This document shows, piece after piece, positions 13,219 through 24,029 of a stretch of 64,000 nucleotides of DNA. The stretch covers positions 245,954,001 through 246,018,000 of the forward strand of contig NC_067400.1 in NCBI RefSeq assembly GCF_016432865.1, read 5' to 3'. The translations under genes were made by a program, and so were the position numbers. Under the pieces are notes generated by a model that was given only the letters and a program-made list of their open reading frames with translations, did no database searches and was not told the DNA's origin. The DNA comes from Antechinus flavipes. Its lineage: Eukaryota. The first letter of the stretch is position 1. Every line of letters starts with the position of its first letter.

Positions 13219-13560
13219 TTAACTCAGATACAATTCCCATTTGTAACCAGCAGGTGTCACTATGAGATTAGGTTTACTTGAAAGGGCGCTTTCCCATTGT
13301 AGGACAATGGGCTTGGCAGATATTTCCAGTCCTCCCAAAGGTATATCCTTACATTGGTCTATTATCCTATTTCACTCTCTTTGCATTAGGGCTGAGGCTT
13401 CCCTGATGTGCCTGTGTTTTTAGTTACACTTGAAACTATTCAAGGTTGAATCATTTTAGCCTAGACTAATGAACATAATTCATCCATGTGAACAAAGAAG
13501 AATATCTCCTTTGGTTATATTTAGGAGCCTATAAAAATTTATTATGAAAGATACTGCATA
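13219..13560 (-). pseudogene. EBLL segment 5: bornavirus-like L C-terminus including stop codon
   Basis: 13350-13219 translates KDIPLGGLEISAKPIVLQWESALSSKPNLIVTPAGYKWELYLS*, vs BoDV L C-terminus [41 protein letters not shown] (recalled). Upstream HMDEL resembles HLEEFDEL and KGDI resembles RGLDI. Confidence 0.75.
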
Positions 13561-13574
13561 ACAAATGAAGAGCT

Positions 13575-13690
13575 GCCCAGGAAGTAAGAAGAACTTAGCT
13601 CAAATATTATCTCCAACACACCTTGGCTATGTGACTCTGGATAAGCCATTGAATTTCTCCCTGTTCTGAACAACTCTTTAAAAAAATAAT
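13575..13690 (+). mobile_element. MIR-like core SINE fragment inside EBLL
   Basis: Degenerate core: ctcaaat...tggctatgtgactctggataagccattgaa...caactct. Confidence 0.55.
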
Positions 13691-13694
13691 GTTG

Positions 13695-14365
13695 CAGGGG
13701 AGGGTACTGGGAAGATAATGGAGTGGGATGATAAATTTCAAGCTCTTCTGATTTCCCCCACAAAGAGAACAAATTTGCACCTCAGGGTGAACATAGACTT
13801 CTGAAAAATCAAGAAAACTTAAGATAGAACAGGGTCTCCTTCAAACAACCTGAGAAGATCCGGGTCAAAAAAAAAAAAAAAAGATTGGAGAAGATTAGAA
13901 GAAAGACCTGGTGCTGAAGTTTAACCTGTGAAGTGCAAACATTTCTGTACTAGCTCCACAGAAACACCAAGTATAGAGTCCTGGGGTGAGCAGGGTGTGG
14001 CTGGAGCCTCAGCAGATAATACAGAAATTTTCACCTCCAGGACAGCTTGTGGAGTTGTGTCTGAGTCTGGCAAGACTGAGTGAACTTTGGCAGATTAAGA
14101 ATGCCAGGATCCAGCTGTGCTGCAAGAACTGGCCCTAGGGGAGAAGCAACTGGCATACCCGGGAGTGCAGAGGTAGTGAGGCAGAGATGCTACTGGCTGT
14201 GGCATTTGCAGGAGGGTGGAACTCTTGGTTTGGGGTTCCTAGTCAGAGGGGAATGCTGAAGTGAAGCCAAAGACACTATCTCCCCTACCCCAGGATGAGA
14301 TGCTTACAAAAATAAAATTTTAAAAAATTGAGTCAGCACAGAAGAAAGAACTTCACCATAGAAAC
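13695..14365 (+). mobile_element. L1 5'UTR fragment inside EBLL
   Basis: gggaagataatggag start, GC-richer UTR, ends at an ORF1 start relic (gagtcagcacagaagaaagaacttcaccatagaa). Confidence 0.7.
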
Positions 14366-14639
14366 ATAATAACACACACACACATACATATGTATATATA
14401 AACATATACTTTTTAAATTATAGCCTGTTTTAAGGTGAGGATAAAAGGGGGAAAAACAATAAAGTAAAAAAAAAAAAAAACCACCACCACCACCACCAAC
14501 AACAACAACAAAAAACTTCAGAGAAGATACCTGCCTTTGTTGGCAGAGGATTACTTATCTAGGAATTCTATACACACAAATCTCATTCCTATCCTTATGA
14601 TATAACAACTATTTATAATACCATAAAAATTCTCTCAGA

Positions 14640-15075
14640 TCAAAATTCCCCAACTGGAATGAAATCCTGGCCATCTTAGGCAAAAGTTTAGCTTTTCACT
14701 TCCTTTGCAACTCCCAACCCCTCAGGAGATATTCACAAAGATGAGTAAAGAAATCCTTGTAGTTGTTGCATAATGCAGGTTCTGGGACTAGATATGGCTA
14801 TTTGTGACTCTTTGAGAATTGCAATAGATTTAACTCCATCATATGCTTCCCCATCATCTACGTCTTGCAAGCAAAGATTGGCAGCTGTTAACATTATATA
14901 TTTAGCTTTCATCTTCACCTCTCCACTACCACAGTCAAACACTCCTATAGCTTTAGGATTTTTAATTTATCCTACCTTACAATCTCAGAATTCAGATAAA
15001 CCCTATCTCTTCCAAGAAAGAAGAAAATGGCTTCTCTGGAACTACAACATGTTTTAGACCTTTTCTCTGACCCAC
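14640..15075 (-). pseudogene. EBLL segment 4 (connector-domain region of L)
   Basis: GLKHVVVPEKPFSSFLEEI (15060-15004) vs [20 protein letters not shown]. ORF 14733-14942: EVKMKAKYIMLTAANLCL vs EVSGINSKYHAVSEANMDL, GVKSIAILKES vs GVKPTQFVEET, YSSL* vs YSLSW. KLNFC (14694-14680) vs KLKLC. Reference recalled from memory. Confidence 0.75.
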
Positions 15076-15749
15076 TGGGGAAATCAGGCAAAATGATTAT
15101 ACACATTTCATTTGGTCCATCTTTAGAATAAGCTCATTTTATGGTCTATGGTACCATTAATCACTTTGTAGTATTCTATTTAACTCTCTTGATAATTGCA
15201 AAATTTTTCAGTTTTATCTTGTTTGATAGTATGTTTGACATTCAATTTTGGAATTGCCCGACACTTAGTAAATGTGATTCCAGCTTCTTATTTTCATGTG
15301 GTATGTTTCTTTCTTATATATTTTTCATCCATTCTACTATTTTTTTTCTTCTTTCTTTTCTTTTGTCTTAACAATATTCTTTATTATATGGTATGATGCT
15401 GGGGAAAATATGATGATATGAAAAATCAATGAAAGCATTTAAAATTTTAAAAAATATCCATCTATGCCTATGTTTTGTATGTTGTTAGGACAACTTGACA
15501 TCATGCTTTGGAAAAGATTTTTTCTGATTCTATTGAATGTTTTTGTTTTGAAGTAGTTAATTATGTTCATTACTTCCCTATCTTTTAAACTGATTATATA
15601 GATATGTTTTCTAGATAAATTATTAGTAGTTATTTGGACTTTTAAAAAATCAAATTTTTATTCATTAATTACATTAGTCCATAGTTTTCTTTGTTTGCTT
15701 TATCTTTGATGTATATGGACTACATGAGAAAAAAGACAATACATTTTCT

Positions 15750-15955
15750 CCAATTCTTATGAACTTTCAAAAGTCCCCAAAATAAGACCTATACTCAAGG
15801 TAAAGTCATTGTTGTAACTGTGTCCACAGGTCAGTATGATAAGTTGTAGCTTTATCAAGTTTGTATATCAGTTTGTATCAGTTTGATAAAGCTACAATGC
15901 AAAAAATTAACAGAGTAAGCCTTCTCCCCAAGATCTTTTTGGGGACTTGCCACTT
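15750..15955 (-). pseudogene. EBLL segment 3
   Basis: MTLP*V*VLFWGLL (around 15803) vs MQKLPWSIVIRSLWRFL. After removing the RTE, its spacing from segment 2 is ~69 codons vs ~76 expected. Confidence 0.55.
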
Positions 15956-16745
15956 TTTGTAGTGATATATACCATCACAAATCTCATAGCATAATTTTTT
16001 TTAGCATAATTAATGAAGCAGAAGTAGATTTTTCTTTTCCCCTGGAATTCCTTTGCTTTCTCCATAATCCAGAAAATGTTAGCAATTTTGTTTCTAGGTC
16101 TTTCTACCTCTTCAAAAACCAGCTTGGTCTTCTGATAATTCTTAATTCACTTAATAATTGAATTGTAAGCATAATTTTTCTGGCATGTGAATTTAACACA
16201 TGTTGGGTAACCTGAACATTTCTTGACATTACCATTCTTTAGGATTGGGACATAAACTGGTCTTTTCCAGTCCAGTATTGAGTGCAGCATTTTAACAGCA
16301 TCATTTTTTAATATTTTAAATAGCTCAACTGAAATTCCATCACCTTTAGTAGCCTTATAATGCTTCCAAGGGTCCACTAGGGCCACATAAACCACATCAT
16401 TTTGATTATATGTCTCATTAAGATCTTTCTTGTATTCTTTTGTGTATTCTTGCCACTTCTTTTTAATTGTTTCTGCTTTTGTTAAGTTCCTACCATCTTT
16501 TACTTTTATGATACCTATTTTTGCATTTTTCCTTTGATATCTTTAATATTCTTGACGAGATCTCTTCTTTCCCATTATGTTTTTTTTTCACTTTTATTTC
16601 TTTGAATTGTTCATTTAAGAAAATCGCTCTCCTTGCTATTCTCTGGAATTCTTCATTTAATTGGGTGTATTTTTCCCTTTCTCTTCTATCTTTTGCTTTC
16701 CTTCTTTCCTCAGCTATTAGTAAAGCCTCACCAGATAGTCATTTT
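15955..16745 (-). mobile_element. BovB-like RTE LINE fragment inserted in EBLL
   Basis: ORF 16147-16395 KATKGDGISVELFKILKNDAVKMLHSI..DWKRPVYVPILKNGNVKKCS matches BovB KASGGDGIPVELFQILKDDAVKVLHSI..DWKRSVFIPIPKKGNAKECS. Confidence 0.85.
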
Positions 16746-18285
16746 ACTATAATACAATCAAGGATACTTCTAGTAGGTTAGGATTACATTTAGCAAAGAA
16801 ACAAAGAAGAAATTTCTCTCTGGCATGAACCTGTCTATTACAATTACAAGAACAACCTCTTGTCATCATCCATTCAGTTGTTTCAGAGCAACCATTCAGG
16901 ACCTCCCTTTCTCTAGGAATTTAATGGAGGCAAAGCCTCTTCCAAAAAATTATCTTTTCTTATATGGGAACTGGATAGATACTCTCTTCTTCCCCTTGTC
17001 ACCAGAAAGAAAGGTGACTCCCAACATATCCACCCCTTGGTCCTTCAAACATCCCTTCGAGAGTTGATTTCTGTTTACCAGCTATTAGCCTGGCAGCAAT
17101 ATGGAGGGCTGTTATTAGTCAGTTTTACATTACAATAAGCAAAGGGATACACTGGGGTTACTTGTACTGTATAGCCCCTATAAGTGAACTCTCAACTGGA
17201 GCTTGAATTAATCTTCACTTGGCTGCCACCAAGATAGACATATGTTACTTTCAACTTTTTTTGATTGCTGTCGCTGCATTGTAGTCCATTGATGCTGGGA
17301 TCCAACATGCTGTCCACTGAGCCTACTAATACTGGTCTGACAAGTGTGAATGGTAAAAATCTCCACTAGGTGGAGAACTGGGAACATTACCTTTAGCGTG
17401 CTAAAGGATAGTCTGATGAGAAGCCAGTTCCACTTGTTAACATTATGGAGATTTCTCAAGTAAGCCTCAATTGTTGTTTTTCTGAGCTCCCATTAGACAT
17501 AGGATTCCAAAGATTAGCTGGATGCTGAACCCCATACCCTTCCTTTGCTGGTGAATATCCTTTCTGGTGCTTATCATTGAAGCAAAACTTAGGGTTCCAT
17601 AAAAAAAAAAGTCTATCAGTTCTATTCCTGTTGCTAATCCACACAGTTTACTAAGGCTAGTACTGTTTCCAGTGGCCCAGAGGGCCATCTAATTGATTAG
17701 GACCTAAGACAGTTAACTAAAACTTCAGATTTCTGGTCCACTCAGCTTCTGTGGACTGTTTATAGCTCCTAAAGCCCTGGGTATTTCTGAAGTTATCCCA
17801 CAATGAGGTGGGATAACACTTTCCCTAGCTGGCTAAAGCCTGAAAACTAGGTAGTTTTATCTTTTCCATTGTTGCAGATATTGTTAGAACTGTGAAATAG
17901 GTATCATTGCCAATATCAATCACTCTTCCACTGCTACCAGTATTGTCATCACTAAGGTATCATTATTTTTTATCATTCTGCTACTACAACTGCTGGTACC
18001 ATACCAATTTCTAGAGCAATTACCCTATAGGTCAAATCACTCCTAACTTCTCCACTAATTTTCTGCCAAATGTTACTGTCCTTATCAGTAGGATAGGTTG
18101 CCAAATGAGGACCATAGGATCATAACTTCTCATTGTTTATACCTTTTTCAAAGAAAAGTCTTTGCACCAAATTCAATCCTTATCATCGTTGCTCTGTATT
18201 TCACGCTCTCATTCTTGCAACTCAGACAACTGGAGTAATAATGATTTGGACAAAGACTATATGTCACTGACATATATTTAAGTTA
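16746..18285 (-). pseudogene. EBLL segment 2 (post-motif D RdRp, CR IV and CR V/PRNTase region)
   Basis: Colinear blocks: LKYMSVTYSLCPNHY (18282), SSCLS (18234-18220), GPHLATYPT (18113), RSDLTYRVIAL, PTSL (17812), GIELIDFF (17628), YLGGSQVKI (17236), ARLIAGK (17094), GGYVGSHL (17034), SCNCNRQVHAREKFLLC (16851). BoDV counterparts (recalled): LKQLSRVTDSTGELFPNLY, SSCLS, GPSIGGLPT, SDPLPFQLAL, PTSL, GLSIIDLF, YLGSNTAVKV, ARFLLEK, GGTLTHRL, SCKTCFEKIDSEEFVLAC. Many stops and frameshifts. Confidence 0.85.
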
Positions 18286-18299
18286 TTAACAGCTCACTC

Positions 18300-18730
18300 T
18301 TCTTATAACATATTCCTCTAACTTTACCACCTACTATCTCTTCCAATTCAATTTCTGATGAAGAAACAGCACTTTGTTTTGCCAACGTTAGTTTCTTCAT
18401 GTTCTCTTAATCTTATTTCCTCTTCTCTTCTTCTAGGAGACCCCACTATTATCTCTAACCTCTTTCTAATCTTTTATATCTTCCTTTTACTGGTAATGAA
18501 TCTTATTTATAAGCAGCTTATGTTTCCCTCATCCTTGAAAAATCCTCAAGTTCCTACCATGTGTCATATATCAGCTTTTCCTCCTTTTTTTACATGGACT
18601 CTATATAAAAGATAAGCATGATAGTTATTTTCACTTCCTCCCTTCTTATTTTATTCTTCAGTTTGGTTTTTGATAACATCATTTGACTAAAACTGCCCTC
18701 TGCATAATTGTGAATGATTTATTACTTGCC
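18300..18730 (+). mobile_element. L2 LINE fragment
   Basis: catcatttgactaaaactgccctctgcataattgtgaatgatttattacttgcc resembles the L2 RT consensus (catcattcaactgaaactgctctctccaaagttaccaatgatctc). Confidence 0.65.
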
Positions 18731-19530
18731 ACATGGAAAAATGCTCTAAATCACTACTGATTAGAGAAATATGAATTAAAACAACTCTATGGTACCAATT
18801 CACACCTCTCAGATTGGTTATGATGAAAGGAAAAGATGATAAATGTTGAAGGAGAAACTGAGACACTATGCATTGTTGGTAGAGTTGTGAAATGATTAGA
18901 CCATTCTAAAGAGCAATTTGGAACTATGCCCAAAGAGCTATCAAACCATACATACCAGTTGACCCAATAGTTCACTACTGGGTCTGTATCCCAAGGAAAT
19001 TATAAGGAGGGAAAAAGAACCACATGTGCAAAAATGTTTTTAGCAGCTCATTTTGTGGTAGCAAAGAATTGGAAAATGAGTAAATGCCCATCAATTGGGG
19101 AATGGCTGGACAAGTTGTGATATATGAAGGTAATGGAATATTATTCTTCTATAAAACTGATGTACAAGCTGATTTTAGAAAGGCCTAGAAAGATTTATAT
19201 GAACTGATGCTGAGCAAATCAAACAGAACCAAAAAAGTACTGTATGTAATAGCAGCAAAAGTGCGTGATGATCAACTATGAAAAGACTTAGTTTCTCTCA
19301 GGGGTTCAGTGATTTAAAGCTATCCCAATAGAGCTTGGACAGAAAAATGTTATCTGCATCCAGAAAAAGAACTATGGAGATTGAATGTAAATCAGCATAT
19401 GCTATATTCACTTCTTTTTTTCTGCTTTTTTTCCCTCTCTCCCATAGTTTTTTCCCTTTTGGTCTGATTTTTTTTTCCTTCCAATATGATTTATAAAGCA
19501 ATGTGGTTTAAAAATAAATAAATAAACAAA
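18730..19530 (+). mobile_element. L1 3' end
   Basis: ORF2 C-terminal sequence (cactactgattagagaaat...acaactctatggtacca) and 3'UTR ending in aaaataaataaataaac. Confidence 0.85.
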
Positions 19531-19709
19531 AAAGGGGCTGAAAAAAATTTGTTACAAAGGAGATTTATTGTGGAGTGAGGGGAGGGGATAAGGCAACATT
19601 CTATTCCCCTGTCTGTAAGAGAGTGGGAAAAGATAGTGAAAGTGATACCAAAAGAAAAAGAAGAAAAGAAAGAAAATGTTCTCAATGAAATATTTTAAAA
19701 CATTCAGAA

Positions 19710-20400
19710 AACTTGAAAGAAGTTCAGAAGAGCAGTGTTGAAATTGTCATGTTAAATTTAAAATATATTATCTTTATGTGAAAAATGTTTGTGGAATCAT
19801 ATATGATAATCTTTTGTTCTTTGTATGAATAAATGCTAATGTTTGCCAAGTTCAAGAAAAATTCATACTCTAGAATTCTCTTGTTTGTATCAGAAGCAAA
19901 ATTTGCTTCAGAAAAAGCTTTGAATTTTATGTAATGAGCCAGGTTGGGGGAAAAAAACAGGTCCTTGAGATTTATTTTCACCACAATGACAAGCAATGAT
20001 CACAGGAGTCATAAAAGAAAAGGAGAACTTAGTGTTGTTACATTCTTACCCATAATTGATTACAACATTCAAACTTGCTTTCCCAGGAATAGTTAACCAC
20101 CAAGCATAACAATCTATCACTTTGATATCTGAGTTCCTTCAAGTTTCAACAGTGTAGCTGTTCTCTAATAAGGCATCAGAATGTTTAAAGAGATTTGAAA
20201 AAAAAGGTAGGGTGGGATAGTTCAAACAATTGTGCTATTAACTAAATGGATGCCCATAAATACAAGAATTGTAGCTTAACTTGAGCTATCCCATGATTTG
20301 AGACAATTATAGCCTCACCTTATGCTGCCATCTAAATGACAATATGTGTGTCTTCTATTTGTTTATGTTATCAAATGAAACACAAAGCCAGGTGCAAGCA
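19710..20400 (-). pseudogene. EBLL segment 1 (CR II / pre-motif A of RdRp)
   Basis: EAIIVS vs KAIISS; LSYNSCIY vs FEYNAAAF; DALLEN vs NALIDG. ORF 19724-19996: LVIVVKINLKDLFFS-x13-EA vs LTVLVPKEKELKVKGRFFS-x13-EA; YFKFNMTIST vs YLKTHSMTMSST. Reference recalled from memory. Confidence 0.75.
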
Positions 20401-20685
20401 ATCATATACTGCTCTAATAATGTTAATAATTCATACATATAAAGTTCTTTGTAAATACCTTCCTCACAACAACCCTGTGAGATAAAGTGTAAATAGCACC
20501 ATGATTAGGTGGTTCCATTTGATTTAGTCAGGAAAATCTGAAGTTGGATCTTGCCCCACATATTAATTGTATGACCCTAAGCAAGTCATTGTCTTTTTTG
20601 GGATTCAGTTTATCAATAAAATGAAGAAGATAATAACACATTAATAATAGAAATAACAAAATAATAATAGGGTTATTATGAGATT
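20400..20685. mobile_element. MIR-type SINE fragments
   Basis: cctcacaacaaccctgtgag and gtatgaccctaagcaagtca...tcagttt...aaaatg motifs. Confidence 0.6.
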
Positions 20686-20900
20686 CTAAAGCAGAGGGGT
20701 TTAGCAGGGGGCCAAGGGGCATATTGCAGTTGCAGTATTCCCCTAGTAAAATCCCAGACAGATAAAAATACAATTGGGAAATGTTTAACAAAATAAATAA
20801 AAACATAATATAATATAGATATGTTAATATGTGGTTTTCTAAGTCAAAATACCGTCTGCAGGGATCCTTATATGGCCTTTAGTGTTTTGAATTTGGCATC
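20685..20900. mobile_element. Non-autonomous hAT-like DNA transposon (MITE)
   Basis: Resembles the common marsupial element with ...aatgtggttttctaagtca...ctgcagggatcctta...gaatttggca end; family recalled from memory. Confidence 0.45.
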
Positions 20901-20954
20901 ATAATTTAAATCACTTTGAAAACACTAAAGTGCTATATCAATAATGTTTTTATT

Positions 20955-21202
20955 ATTTTGTCATTCAGTCATGTCTGCTCAACCTCATGAATTTTTGTCA
21001 ATGGAGTTTTCTCAGCAAAGATACTGTAGTAGTTTTCCATTTTCTTCTTCAGTGTGACCCAATTTTATAGCTAACAAACTGTTAAGGTCTAAGTGGATTG
21101 CTCAGAGTCACATATCTAGTAAGTGTCTGAGGCCAAATTTGAACTCAGATCTTCTTGATTCCAAGCCCGCTGTTCTATCTCCTATACTACCTAGCTGACC
21201 CC
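20955..21202 (-). mobile_element. MAR1 SINE
   Basis: RTE-derived tail (ggagttttctcagcaaagatactg) plus core (gtgtctgaggccaaatttgaactcag). Confidence 0.75.
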
Positions 21203-21583
21203 TGTAGAAATATTTTCCATTATTTTTACTTCATACATAAAACTACTTGGAAAAATTATATGATATTGCTAAAATCATGAAGGCAAAAAGTGTCAAGGCT
21301 TGTAGAGAGAACTGACTCTAAATACAATAATGTTTCTGTTGCACTTCATTCTCAAATACCTTATTATCAATGAATAAAAGACCTGCTCAACTCATCTTTG
21401 CTTTGAGTTAAAAGGGAGAAAAAGTGCCTTCTTACTTGATATAAAGTTTACTTACATTTGGGAGGTCAGTATTAATAAATTAAAAACCTGAAGTCGGCAA
21501 TAACACGATAGAAAACAAATAATAATTAAGCAACAAAACTTTGATTAAATGGATTGAATTGTACCTCAAAGGCAGCCACCATT

Positions 21584-21757
21584 CTTTGAAGACACAGCAC
21601 ATTCCTATCTAGCCAGTAAAGCTACCTACATCTTTTATAATGAGTTTAAAAACCTCTTTATATGTCATTATCAGTGAAAATAATGGGATTCTTCATGTAA
21701 ATTAGCATTTTAAAAAGCTGGAGAGGTGTGTCACATTCCCAAGTCAAATATATAAAA
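21584..21757 (+). promoter_or_regulatory. KRTAP7-1 promoter
   Basis: CTTTGAAG 21584-21591, CACATTCCC 21732-21740, TATAAAA 21751-21757. Confidence 0.75.
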
Positions 21758-21834
21758 GCTCCATGCAGAAGAAGAAATTCAAACTTTGGTAACTTGCTTC
21801 TAGCAATCTAACCAAGTCTTCAACATCTGCTAAC

Positions 21835-22098
21835 ATGACTCGATTCTTCTGCTGTGGAAACTATTTCCCAGGGTATCCTTGCTATGGTACCAACTGGCAT
21901 AGAAGCTTCAGAGCCACTCCCTTGAACTGTGTTGTGCCACTGGGCTCTCCCCTGAACTATGGACAAGGTTGCAATGGCTACAGCTCACTAGGTTATAGCT
22001 TTGGTGGTAGCAACTTCAGCAACCTTGGCTGCTGTTATGGAGGCAGCTGCTGTAGACCCTGGGGTTCTGGTTCTGGCTATGGATACAGCACCTATTGA
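21835..22098 (+). CDS. KRTAP7-1: Keratin-associated protein 7-1 (HGT type I), 87 aa
   Basis: Nearly identical to human KAP7.1 (MTRYFCCGSYFPGYP...[19 protein letters not shown]...[14 protein letters not shown]) and the same length. Confidence 0.97.
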   Translation: MTRFFCCGNYFPGYPCYGTNWHRSFRATPLNCVVPLGSPLNYGQGCNGYSSLGYSFGGSNFSNLGCCYGGSCCRPWGSGSGYGYSTY

Positions 22099-22436
22099 AG
22101 ACATGAAGACAGACAACGGAGTGACCAATTTTAGAACAACTGCATATTCTATAGACCAAGAAGAGGTTCCAAGAAGTGTTGGAAGAATCAGATTTCATCT
22201 ACTACTCACTAACATTGTGCTGGATTACCATTTTGATGCTTCGGAACTCAGTTCTTGATACCTCAGAACTCCTTCACGTGAACTAAAATTCACTTAAAGT
22301 CATTGATGACAAATTTTTCCTCATGTCAATAATGAAAGAAATATTTTTCTGTTTGCTCTGTGATTTTTGTTTCTCTACTTCTGCCTTGATGAATTTCAAG
22401 TTGGGAGTGAGAAGGGTGTCTGGGATTTAGCCTACT

Positions 22437-22442
22437 AATAAA
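22437..22442 (+). terminator. Poly(A) signal of KRTAP7-1
   Basis: AATAAA about 340 nt after the stop codon. Confidence 0.7.
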
Positions 22443-22759
22443 ACTACTGCATTTGAAAAAAAAAAACCCAACATTGTCTTTGTCCTGATTAGATCACTGT
22501 GGGCTCTTGATTTACTCTAATTAGGCAGTCAAAGTTACTAAACAGCAGAAGGAGCTATGACAAAACCCTGTGAATCTAAGCCTTAGATAAAGGGAAGCAT
22601 CATCTCATTGTTGACTTTTGTTGTAATGTTTACTTTTGAACCCCCTTAAATATAGATGTTGGTACATTCTCTCCCCTTTAGGCTCTGGGTTCCTTGACAG
22701 CAGGGATATATAACTTAATTGACTATTATTAGAAGAGTATGGTATTCATGGAAGACTAA

Positions 22760-23085
22760 TAGCTGTGGTGTGAGGGTTTGCTGAGCCCTTTTCAGGTTTA
22801 TTCATCAATCTTTGGTATTCATCTGTCATGTAGCTCTCATTTCTTGCTTTAAGAAGCTATAGTTTCTGCAGCAGCAACATCCCTACAAAAATTGTCTTAG
22901 CAAATAGGCTAAAGCAGGTTGAAGGTAACCTACAGGACAAATTCCTTACTGAATTAGGTATATGTCTATCTTAAGCATGAGAAGGCTTTCCCTAGCACAA
23001 TGGGTAGATAAGAAGAAGTTGTTCCAAGGGCCATGAAGGTAGGAAGCTGAAACAGAATTGTAGAATACTTAGAGCTTGTTGGATA
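22760..23085. mobile_element. RTE-derived marsupial repeat fragment
   Basis: gggtttgctgagcccttttcagg...gggctaaagcaggttgaaggtaacc...ttagagcttg pattern; a related motif occurs near 36740. Confidence 0.55.
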
Positions 23086-24029
23086 TCTTCTCTACTAATC
23101 ATGTTTCCCTTATTTTTGGGGAGTCTGTAACTAGAGCTCCAGGTGCATTTAATCATTTAACATAAACTTACTTTTACAGAGGAATATTTACTTGAATGAT
23201 AAAGTGAAAATTAATTTATGAGCATTTCCTCCTCTCTTCAGGGGGCTTATTCTCCTTTACATCATTGTCTTTTTTACATAATGTTGGTCCTACTATACTG
23301 ACATCCAAAGGCAGCATTTCTGTCAGTTGATTCCTTGTTTTAGCTGTGACTGGATTAGGACCCCAAAAGTTGTTTCAAGGATCATTATCCTTTGGGCATC
23401 AATGCTACAAAAACTTGCTTGGAGTCCCATTCCTGAATTCCAGTGGATCTTTTTATCTCAATCTTTTGAAATTTCCAAGGTTGGAGACTTCATTTCTTAT
23501 GTTTCAAGTGAAAAACAAATAAAGATGCCAAGAACTGAAATCTATTTCTTAAGGTTAAATGATTAGAATGGGAGAGTCCCTAGAGCCTCTCTATTTAGGA
23601 CGTTGCCTCTCACTAAGCTCCATATGCAGAACTGAGTTCCCAAATGAAACCAAAAGAAAGAGAGATAACTAACATTTATTTGTACCTTTTTGAAGGTACT
23701 TCGATTCCAATAAAAAAAAAAAAAAGATGACTCTAATTGTCTAGTTAATAAAGTGGAACCAGTTTGAAAATGTTTATGCATGTTCCATGCTCTCCAAGGA
23801 ACTTCCCTTAAATGCAAACACAATTCTTCCAAAAGCAAACTTTTCCTCTTCAATTGGAAACATGCTATTGCAAGTACTCTGTTCCTACCCCAGAGTCTCA
23901 ATTCATCTTAACTGATAAATTTGATATTAAGTAGTTATCATATAATTTTTCTCCTAACTTTCATGGCTAAAGTCCTTTAAGAAAATCACTAACAATTAAT
24001 ACCTCTAACTCATTTCTTCTTGATTTTAT

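Noticed and set aside
17200-17260. SWWQPSED*FKL resembling BEL/Pao RT
   Set aside because: Single motif in a frame overlapping the EBLL YLG..VK block; no other BEL/Pao features.
16850-17800. Plus-strand resemblances to Mononegavirales L N-terminus (LSSSIQLFQ like filovirus LSSPIVLDQ; KPWVF like KSWYF)
   Set aside because: Short, inconsistently spaced and not continued downstream. The minus strand gives a far longer colinear series, so these are treated as chance.
18060-18120. YGP...IWQK resembling parvovirus capsid
   Set aside because: No other capsid motifs; the same frame fits bornavirus GPSIGGLPT with colinear neighbours.
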